This document shows, in pieces, positions 19,760 to 27,375 of a stretch of DNA of 64,000 nucleotides. The stretch is from Bacteroidales bacterium (lineage in GTDB: Bacteria > Bacteroidota > Bacteroidia > Bacteroidales > VadinHA17). The notes under the pieces are model-generated. The model was not told the origin of the DNA. It ran no database searches and saw only the letters and a program-made list of their open reading frames with translations. The translations under genes were made by a program, and so were the position numbers. Location: contig JAOZPG010000011.1 in the NCBI GenBank assembly GCA_029932855.1, positions 29,854 through 93,853 on the forward strand, read 5' to 3'. Within the stretch, counting starts at the first letter, position 1, and each line of letters starts with the position of its first letter.

Positions 19760-21094
19760 CTAACGCATCCATGGCCAACACAACTCCATCCCTTCTCCTC
19801 TAAACCATATTCCAATAAACATTAAAACCAGGTATGAGCTTATTATAAAGACAAATATCCCCTGTACAATCTCATTCATATTGTAATTTCCTTTCCTGCT
19901 TAGCCACAATACAAATAATGCCATTAAGAACAAGAACATAAAAAAGGGTATCAGTCCGTTTATAATAAAAGCCCTGACACCTGAAGATGCTTCCACCATG
20001 TCAGGTATCAATTCGCTGGCCAAAACCAGGACCGGCACAAGTAAAAGAGTAACTAAGGCAATCTTTTTACTCAATCTCTTTCCTTTATCCGAACTAAACC
20101 ATATCCCTGCCCTGTCTTCCCTGAACCTGAGAAAAGTAAGGCTGAACAATGAAATAATAAATAAGAAAGGAATAAGTATTGCAGCAAAAAAAGGATGTAA
20201 ATGCATAAGCAGCTCCTGGATTCCCATAAAATACCAGGGAGCCTTGGCAGGGTTGGGACTAAGGGCCGGATTGGCCCTCTCAAGCAATGGGACATTTCGC
20301 AAAGAACTTACAAGAAAAATCAGGGCAAGCAAAACCAGGGCAACAACAAATTCACGAGCAACAAGATTTGGATATACTTGCACCTTTTCAATGTCTTTAT
20401 CTCCTGCCCCACCAGGGATTACCACTCCACCTGCTTTTCGAACTTTCCAGAAGTGAAATGCCATCAGGATCACAATGCTTAAGGGAAATATCCCGGTATG
20501 GAAATTATAAAAATTCAAAAGAGTGATTGCGCCAACATCCTCCCCTCCACGAATTACAAGCATCAGCTTTTCTCCTATAAAGGGCAGGTAGTCAAGCATA
20601 CTGGTGGCTACTGTTACCGCCCAGAATGAAAGCTGGTCCCAGGGAAGCAGGTAACCGGAGAAATTTGAAAAAATAACCAGCAAGAGTAATACCACCCCTA
20701 TAATCCAGTTCCCCCTGCGGGGTGGTTTATAAGCTTCTGTAAATACTACCCTGAGCAAGTGAAAGAATACCAGCACAACCATCAGCATACCTGCAGTATG
20801 GTGAATATTCCTCACAAACTGTCCCATGAATACATCCTGCTGAATTGAAAGAATTGAATCATAAGCTTTTTCCGGGGATGGCTGGTACACAAATCTTAAA
20901 AGAATACCTGTAAAAGCCTGTAATACAAAAAGCAGGGCCAGCATACCTCCAAGTCCGAATGTATGATTAAAGGCTATACTCTTTTTTGGAATTCTCACAG
21001 GATGCAGGTGAAGCACAAGATTCCTGAATACCACGCCTGCATAAACTTTACTGCCTGTAAGAGAACTATTCACTTTTTGAGGATTCTGCTTCAT
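19760..21094 (-). CDS. Cytochrome b (fused b6 + subunit IV type) of a Rieske/cyt b complex
   Basis: 444 aa, polytopic. Heme-ligand His pairs in HHTAGMLMVVLVFFH and FHTGIFPLSIVILMAFH (14 residues between the His of the second pair, b6-like). The Qo-region motif reads KAPWYF in place of PEWY. Confidence 0.85.
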   Translation of the reverse strand: MKQNPQKVNSSLTGSKVYAGVVFRNLVLHLHPVRIPKKSIAFNHTFGLGGMLALLFVLQAFTGILLRFVYQPSPEKAYDSILSIQQDVFMGQFVRNIHHTAGMLMVVLVFFHLLRVVFTEAYKPPRRGNWIIGVVLLLLVIFSNFSGYLLPWDQLSFWAVTVATSMLDYLPFIGEKLMLVIRGGEDVGAITLLNFYNFHTGIFPLSIVILMAFHFWKVRKAGGVVIPGGAGDKDIEKVQVYPNLVAREFVVALVLLALIFLVSSLRNVPLLERANPALSPNPAKAPWYFMGIQELLMHLHPFFAAILIPFLFIISLFSLTFLRFREDRAGIWFSSDKGKRLSKKIALVTLLLVPVLVLASELIPDMVEASSGVRAFIINGLIPFFMFLFLMALFVLWLSRKGNYNMNEIVQGIFVFIISSYLVLMFIGIWFRGEGMELCWPWMR

Positions 21095-21254
21095 AAATCA
21101 GATACAAAAATAATCTTTATGTCGTCAATTGTACAACAGTCAATCATTTATCTGTGTCTTTAAGTTCCATATACTAATCTTATACCTAAAAAATGTATAC
21201 TAAACCTTGTTTTATTCACTCTTATCATAAATACTGTTTATTAAGTCAATCTTT

Positions 21255-21285
21255 TTTGCAGCTATTTAGAATAGTTATAAATTTG
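21255..21285 (+). promoter_or_regulatory. Bacteroidota-type promoter candidate (TTTG-N19-TAAATTTG)
   Basis: TTTG at 21255-21258, a 19-nt spacer, and TAAATTTG (TAnnTTTG) at 21278-21285, 30 nt upstream of the ATG at 21315. Confidence 0.55.
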
Positions 21286-21314
21286 TGACAAATTATTAAA
21301 ATTAATTAACAGAT

Positions 21315-22016
21315 ATGCTTAAACAAAAGAAAACGATCAGTTACACTATATATGTACTTTTCATTACAATCCCGCTTTTATTCTTTTCCTGCTATCCCGG
21401 AGGAATAGAATACTACAATGAGTCAGACATTATTCTTACAATGTATGACGACCAGTTTGACTTTGCTGACAATTCAAACTATTTCATGCCCGACACTATT
21501 ATCCATGCTATTGAAGAAGGTGAAGAAGATAATATAAGTCGTGCTTATGATGGTCCTATCTTAGACCAGATAGCAGATCAAATGTCAGCTGCCGGATACA
21601 CCAGGTTAGAAAGTAATATAATTACCGATTCTGTTCTGGTTGATTCTGCCGATGTTGTTTTATCTGTTGTTATTACATCATCTGAATACACTGGGATTGG
21701 TTACATACCCGGTGGCGGTGGTTATTGGGGCTGGTATCCCGGCTGGGGCTGGGGCGGAGGTTATTACCCCGGCTACCCATGGTGTCCTGGTTATGGATGG
21801 GGTTATCCATATACTTATTCTTATTCTACGGGCAGTCTTTTTATTGAAATGATTGACCAGAACAGCATTAACTACCAGGGAGACAATAATGAACTTCCTA
21901 TTACATGGCAAGCTACAATAAACGGGATGCTTAGCGGCAACCAAAATAATATGCAATGGAGAATTGACAACGGTATTGAGCAATGTTTTAAGCAGTCTCC
22001 TTACCTGTCAAACTAA
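21315..22016 (+). CDS. DUF4136-like lipoprotein with Gly/Trp/Tyr/Pro-rich insert
   Basis: Lipobox-like LLFFSC. Central low-complexity segment GGGGYWGWYPGWGWGGGYYPGYPWCPGYGWGYPYTYSY. The family call is from memory of DUF4136 proteins, not from a search. Confidence 0.5.
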   Translation: MLKQKKTISYTIYVLFITIPLLFFSCYPGGIEYYNESDIILTMYDDQFDFADNSNYFMPDTIIHAIEEGEEDNISRAYDGPILDQIADQMSAAGYTRLESNIITDSVLVDSADVVLSVVITSSEYTGIGYIPGGGGYWGWYPGWGWGGGYYPGYPWCPGYGWGYPYTYSYSTGSLFIEMIDQNSINYQGDNNELPITWQATINGMLSGNQNNMQWRIDNGIEQCFKQSPYLSN

Positions 22017-22051
22017 AATAGCAGTATCAACCAACGAAACATTTTAACGAA

Positions 22052-22654
22052 ATGAAAAGAATAAAAACAATTATAGCTTTAAGCGTACTGCTTATTTCAA
22101 TAAATACTTACGGACAGGAATTCTATACAAACATGACATATAATATCTCTGTCCCTATGGGTGAGACAGCCGATTTTATCTCAAATACCAGCTTCAGAGG
22201 AGCTACATTTAACATGGGCCGCTTCCTGACTGATAAAATAGCAGTTGACATGAGATTTTCATGGAATACCTTTTACCAGGCCATGGACTTTGATACTTAT
22301 ACCAGCGATAACGGACTCATATCTGTTTCCGGCACGCAATTCAGGTATATCAATGCTTTCCCAATCACTCTTGGAGCCAGATATGTTTTAAATGCATCAA
22401 GTAACTTCTCTCCCTATTTTGCAGCGGGACTGGGTACTTATAAAATAAACGAAAGGCTGGATATGGGTATTTATTCTAATGAGATAAGAAAATGGCACTT
22501 TGGAATGTATCCTGAGCTGGGATTCTTTTACCGCTTGTCTTATGATGTTGGAATAAACATGTATGCCCGTTATGACCATGCTTTTAAGACAAGCAGTACA
22601 AAAGCATATTCTTATATAGCATTCGGACTTGGATTCCATTTTACCAAACTGTAA
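22052..22654 (+). CDS. Small outer-membrane beta-barrel protein (OmpW/porin-like)
   Basis: Signal peptide ending TYGQ. Alternating aromatic/hydrophobic beta-strand pattern. About 200 aa with a C-terminal GLGFHFTKL. Confidence 0.5.
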   Translation: MKRIKTIIALSVLLISINTYGQEFYTNMTYNISVPMGETADFISNTSFRGATFNMGRFLTDKIAVDMRFSWNTFYQAMDFDTYTSDNGLISVSGTQFRYINAFPITLGARYVLNASSNFSPYFAAGLGTYKINERLDMGIYSNEIRKWHFGMYPELGFFYRLSYDVGINMYARYDHAFKTSSTKAYSYIAFGLGFHFTKL

Positions 22655-22670
22655 ATAATCAGACAATAAT

Positions 22671-23288
22671 ATGAAAAAACTAATATTCATAAGCCTGGCT
22701 CTTAGCCTCCTGCTATTACCACTCAAAACATTTTCACAACAGGGAATTGAGATATCTGCCTATTCGGGCTGGATGCTGGGTGGAAAAGTAAACCTCTATA
22801 ATGGAAAACTTCAGATCGACGACGGGAATAACTGGGGTTTTACATTATCATATAATGTTGCTCCCGGAATGCATGCCGAATTCATGTATAACAGGCTTGT
22901 TTCTGACCTTATCGTAAGGGAATATGGTGATCCTCCTTATGTTGCAACTGAAATTGCAACACAGTATTTCCAGTTAGGCGCTGTTAGGGAATTGATGTAT
23001 GATGGTGCAATAAGGCCATTTGGTACAGGCGGACTGGGAGTTGCAATTTTTTCCGACCGTATAGGCTATGAAAGTGATGTTTGGAGAATGTCTTTTAGCC
23101 TGGGGGGAGGAATAAAAATATTTCCGGTTGAACGGATAGGTATCAGGCTGCAGGCAAGAATGCTTGTACCCATGTACTTTAACGGTATTTGGATGGGTAT
23201 CGGAACAGGCGGCAGCAGTGGCGGAGTAAGTGCAAGCTCTTCTATCGTTCAGGGAGATTTTACCGCTGGACTGATACTTGCATTCTAA
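22671..23288 (+). CDS. Small outer-membrane beta-barrel protein
   Basis: Signal peptide ending TFSQQ, alternating-strand pattern, and a terminal aromatic residue (..AGLILAF). Lies 16 nt after the preceding barrel gene. Confidence 0.5.
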   Translation: MKKLIFISLALSLLLLPLKTFSQQGIEISAYSGWMLGGKVNLYNGKLQIDDGNNWGFTLSYNVAPGMHAEFMYNRLVSDLIVREYGDPPYVATEIATQYFQLGAVRELMYDGAIRPFGTGGLGVAIFSDRIGYESDVWRMSFSLGGGIKIFPVERIGIRLQARMLVPMYFNGIWMGIGTGGSSGGVSASSSIVQGDFTAGLILAF

Positions 23289-23476
23289 TTATTAAATTAA
23301 AACAAACATTCTGCTATTCATTATAAAAAAACAATCTTATTCACACTAAGCTTGTGAAAAACGATCTTTTATCAAGAATAGCTTAAAGCTTAGTTCCGGT
23401 TATAAATAGTATATTCAAAAAAGCCTGCCCTGGCTTGGTGATAAATACTAGTTTACAGCTGTTAAAGAAATTAAGG

Positions 23477-23509
23477 AAACCCTTTTGCAAGTTTGTGAAA
23501 GGGTTTTTT
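23477..23509 (+). terminator. Rho-independent terminator-like hairpin with no assigned gene upstream
   Basis: AAACCCTTT (23477-23485), a 12-nt loop, and AAAGGGTTT (23498-23506) running into a T-tract that ends at 23509. It lies ~190 nt after the nearest upstream stop (23288). Confidence 0.45.
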
Positions 23510-23624
23510 GCTTATAATTTGTTTAACTTGTATTTATGAAACTTTTGTTATTGCTTTATTAACCACAAATAAAATCTATAAACCAAACCTGAGTTTGCAA
23601 GCCAATAAAGCTTAGTCCTGTATT

Positions 23625-24116
23625 ATGATATCAAAAATACTATCCGTCTGCATCCGGGTTTTTATCCTGCTCCTTCCGGCCCTGCCGGCAGAAGGACAGG
23701 TAACATATTATCCCATAGCTGAGAAACAGGATGTTAAAGGACTTTCTGTAAAATGGCTGGAGATAACCGAAAATTATACAATAATTGACTTTTTCTTTCA
23801 GCCGGAAGAAGAAACAATTATATGCCTGGATAAGGCATTCTACATTACACCTGCAGGCATGAACGACCCCCATTTTATGATCATGGCTAAACAGATAAGC
23901 ATTTGTCCCAAAAGCATAAAGATAGATTCTTATAATAAGTACCTGGAATTCAAGGTCTGGTTTCCTAAACTGGAAAAAAACATAAGGAAAATAGATATAA
24001 TTGAAAACAAAAAGAACAGAAATGGATTTAACATGTACAGAGTTCCAATAATTAATGGCCAGGAGACCCCATCTCCAGACAGCCTTGATATTAATGGCAA
24101 TAATCCGCCAGAGTAA
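23625..24116 (+). CDS. Hypothetical secreted protein
   Basis: 163 aa with an N-terminal signal-like hydrophobic segment. I recognise no motif. Confidence 0.4.
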   Translation: MISKILSVCIRVFILLLPALPAEGQVTYYPIAEKQDVKGLSVKWLEITENYTIIDFFFQPEEETIICLDKAFYITPAGMNDPHFMIMAKQISICPKSIKIDSYNKYLEFKVWFPKLEKNIRKIDIIENKKNRNGFNMYRVPIINGQETPSPDSLDINGNNPPE

Positions 24117-24143
24117 TTAGCTTTGTAAAAAAATGTTTAAGTG

Positions 24144-24827
24144 ATGAGAATTGATATTATAACAGTACTCCCCGAACTGATAAAGAGTCCCCTGGAACAT
24201 TCAATAATTAAGAGGGCCAAAGAGAAAGGACTTGTAGAGATAGTGATACATAACCTGCGCGACTATGCTTCCGATAAATATAAGACAGTTGATGATTACG
24301 CCTTCGGGGGGGAAGCCGGGATGGTGATGAAGATAGAACCAATTGTTAAAGTCATAGAATTTCTCAGCTCTCAGCGCGATTATGATGAAATAATATATAC
24401 ATCCCCCGACGGGAAACCATTCTCACAAAGCACGGCAAATAGTCTGTCCCTGCTTAAGAACATCATAATCCTTTGCGGACATTATAAAGGCATAGACCAG
24501 AGAATCAGGGAAAATATCATAAGCATGGAGATATCCATAGGTGATTATGTATTGTCGGGTGGTGAACTTGCAGCTGCAGTTATAAGCGATGCAATAGTCC
24601 GACTTATTCCGGGAGTCATCTCTGATGAGACCTCTGCCCTGAGTGATTCCTTTCAGGATGGCCTGTTGGCCCCCCCGGTATATACCCGGCCTGCTGAGTT
24701 CAGAAACTGGAAAGTTCCGGATGTGCTTCTCTCGGGTAATGCAGCTGAAATTGACAAGTGGAGAATGGAACAGTCTCTGGAAAGAACAAGAAAACTAAGG
24801 CCCGGCCTTATAGATGATGATAACTGA
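24144..24827 (+). CDS. trmD: tRNA (guanine37-N1)-methyltransferase
   Basis: [12 protein letters not shown]..., [37 protein letters not shown] (SPOUT knot). The ORF-track start at 24141 is a GTG, and an ATG follows at 24144. Confidence 0.9.
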   Translation: MRIDIITVLPELIKSPLEHSIIKRAKEKGLVEIVIHNLRDYASDKYKTVDDYAFGGEAGMVMKIEPIVKVIEFLSSQRDYDEIIYTSPDGKPFSQSTANSLSLLKNIIILCGHYKGIDQRIRENIISMEISIGDYVLSGGELAAAVISDAIVRLIPGVISDETSALSDSFQDGLLAPPVYTRPAEFRNWKVPDVLLSGNAAEIDKWRMEQSLERTRKLRPGLIDDDN

Positions 24828-24837
24828 ATATTTTATG

Positions 24838-25552
24838 CTATTTTTCTTTTTTTCCTATTCCTGCCTTTATTGGGATCATTATGCCCAGCTGAAAAGTACG
24901 GTTAGAAGAGATTCTTTCTATTGAAGGATCATAAATATTTGCCAGTCCGTGAGCATAATTAAGTCTTATTTGTACTCCCGGATCTCCTTGCAAATGAAAA
25001 TTAAGACTGCCCACAAGGGCAAAATCCATCCTTCTGAAATTATCAATTATATCTGTTCTGGTGGCTATATCCCAGTTATCATATTCATGTTCAAAGCTAT
25101 CATCAGCCATAAACATCAGGCTGGCTTGAAATCCCAGGCCAAACCCCAGCCATGGAACCGGCCTGTACTGCAAAACCACAGGAAGATCAAAGTAACTTAA
25201 GCGACGGAAAGATTTCGCTCCGAAATAAATACTATCGGGTAAGGGAGTAAAATAATCATCAAAACCGAATTCCCGTACCCCCTTTGGGAGAATTGAATAA
25301 AAGAGAAGAGGCCAGAACGAGGTGATCAGACATCTTGAAATCGAAAAACAGTCCAATGGCCAGCCCCCTTCCAAACTTACTGCCTTCAATATTGCTCTGG
25401 GTAGTGAAATTCCCGCTTACATTAAGTCCGAATTCCAGTTTCTCATTATTCAGCTTATCACCAAATAAAAGGCTGATAAGTATTTGAGACTGTGCTGCGG
25501 ATACAGAAAAAACCAATAGTATGATTATAATTCCCAGCTTCTTAACAGGCAT
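24838..25552 (-). pseudogene. Porin-family outer-membrane beta-barrel gene split by a +1 frameshift
   Basis: ORF 25552-25259 carries the signal peptide and first strands. ORF 25389-24838 carries the rest of the barrel (..YFDLPVVLQYRP..GFGLGFQ..). The two frames switch at a G5 run (C5 on the plus strand, 25278-25282). Removing one base gives ..LLFNSPKGVREFGFDDYF.. and a 237-aa product. Confidence 0.6.
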
Positions 25553-25604
25553 AACATTTCCATTTAAAATTCAACATTATCATAAGAATAAATGCATAAG
25601 ACAG

Positions 25605-27353
25605 TTAACGCAAGATCTTCCTTACGAAAGCCACTGTAAAATATGACATCATAAAAAGACCGGTAAAACCCTCAATACCAGACAAAACTCTTATAAAACC
25701 AGAAGGATAGTAATCTCCATAACCAATGGTAAGAAAAGTAATGGCACTATGATAAAAAGAAACAGCAAGTGGTCCCAGCTTATCCGGATCACCTATTGAA
25801 GAATATATACTGGATCCTGAAAACATCATCAGCACATAATAAAGCAGGGAGAAAACTGTATAGGCAACCAGCATGCTCAGTAAAACACGTAATGGAGCAG
25901 TTGCATATTTACCCATCTTTTCAAGTATAAGCCACTGGGAAGCATACTTTGGCCATACCCACAGCCTGTTCAATGAATTTTGTTTTACTGCCTCTTCAAC
26001 ATCTGCAATTGCTTCAGTCCTCTTAAACTCAACATAAGCCAGATCCTCATATTCATATTTACCTGTTATCATATAATTCTCTTTCAGGAGCCTGAATTGT
26101 TCGGATTTCTGCCTGATATTAGTTTCTTCCTGCCTGTTTATCAGATCTTTTACTTTGTTTCTTTTCCAGTCAATAAATATCTTGCCCAGCAACCTCATGC
26201 CTGTGAGATTTAATATATCCATCTTAATATCAAAATCGAATGGTTGCATGTCAATTATGTCACGGGCAATAGTATTGGACAGGTTAACATATTCACAGGA
26301 TGCCAGTCTTAAATCGAGATAATGATCCAGGTGACATGAACTTAAACACAGTCTTTTCAATCTTGAATTATAGAAACTGAGATTGCCACTACCAAAGTCT
26401 GAGTTCTCAAGCCTGAGTTCTGAATTATCAAATTCAAGGAGCTCAAAATTCTTGTTCCCCTCACCAAAACTCACCCTCTTCATTGAACATCTTCCCGAGC
26501 TTATCTGGCTTGCCTCAAAACTAATATCCCCCTTGCCAAAGACAGACCTGTTAAAGTTGATCCTTCCATCCCCAAACTCAACTGTCCTGAAGTCCACCCT
26601 GCTATCACCAAACTCTGTACGCTCAAAAGAGATATCGCCTTCACCAAATTTTGCAAAATGAAAATCCACCTTTCCCCCAAGAATACGAGCTATTTTAAAG
26701 CTTACCGGTCCATCTCCAAAATCTGCATTGATAAATGACAGTTCCCCAAAATTAAATTCAGTATTGGCAAATGAGCTTAATCCTTCACCAAAATCTGCAT
26801 ACTGAAAATCTTTCTTCCCATTGCCAAACACCGAATTCCGGAAGTTAACCTCCCCTTTTCCAAAACGCACATTTGAGAAATCAACATCACCTTCTCTGAA
26901 AAAAAGGCCCGAGAAATTCACATCTCCGTCTTCAAAGTGAGCAGAATTGAAGTTAACCCTTCCGTTAACAAACTGGCTGCCTTCAAAGCTGACCCCTCCT
27001 TTTTTAAAAAGAGCAAAAGAAAAATCAGTCTCCGTTTTACTGTCAAACACTGAATCACTGGATGAAAAACCATTAAGTATCACAGTAGATTTTTCCTCCA
27101 GCTTATAAAATTTACGATAATTGCCAAGTGAAAAATCAGATATATAGCAATGGTCAAGGACTAGCTCCTCTCCCCTGTTTATTGTTTTATAGATATCCTC
27201 AATATCCGGACAGCCCAGGGTTTCCTCCGAACTTGTTATGTCTTCATCATCAAGAAATGTAACAATGGCAGTCCTAGGATATAGTATCCCCCCTTCCGAA
27301 ACAAACTCCTTATTTATAATTTTAACTTTTAATTTCCTGTAGTATGAAATCAT
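25605..27353 (-). CDS. Two-TM K+ channel pore domain fused to an N-terminal 12-residue-repeat (beta-solenoid-like) domain
   Basis: C-terminal TM, pore helix and filter FLTIGYGDYYP (TIGYGD encoded at 25713-25730), then a second TM. Residues 111-338 are 19 gap-free repeats F-x-x-[AS]-x-F-G-x-G-x-[VI]-[SND]. Confidence 0.75.
   Translation of the reverse strand: MISYYRKLKVKIINKEFVSEGGILYPRTAIVTFLDDEDITSSEETLGCPDIEDIYKTINRGEELVLDHCYISDFSLGNYRKFYKLEEKSTVILNGFSSSDSVFDSKTETDFSFALFKKGGVSFEGSQFVNGRVNFNSAHFEDGDVNFSGLFFREGDVDFSNVRFGKGEVNFRNSVFGNGKKDFQYADFGEGLSSFANTEFNFGELSFINADFGDGPVSFKIARILGGKVDFHFAKFGEGDISFERTEFGDSRVDFRTVEFGDGRINFNRSVFGKGDISFEASQISSGRCSMKRVSFGEGNKNFELLEFDNSELRLENSDFGSGNLSFYNSRLKRLCLSSCHLDHYLDLRLASCEYVNLSNTIARDIIDMQPFDFDIKMDILNLTGMRLLGKIFIDWKRNKVKDLINRQEETNIRQKSEQFRLLKENYMITGKYEYEDLAYVEFKRTEAIADVEEAVKQNSLNRLWVWPKYASQWLILEKMGKYATAPLRVLLSMLVAYTVFSLLYYVLMMFSGSSIYSSIGDPDKLGPLAVSFYHSAITFLTIGYGDYYPSGFIRVLSGIEGFTGLFMMSYFTVAFVRKILR
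26340..27023 (-). repeat. 19 in-register 36-nt (12-codon) coding repeats inside the channel gene
   Basis: FSFALFKKGGVS / FEGSQFVNGRVN / FNSAHFEDGDVN / FSGLFFREGDVD / FSNVRFGKGEVN ... LENSDFGSGNLS / FYNSRLKRLCLS. There are no indels between units. Confidence 0.85.
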
Positions 27354-27375
27354 AAGGTAAATATATATAAAATGG

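Noticed and set aside
21105-21112. CAAAAATA (reverse complement of TAnnTTTG) upstream of the cytochrome b gene as its -7 box
   Set aside because: It lies only 11 nt from the ATG at 21094, too close for a conventional promoter-to-start distance. I have left it unassigned.
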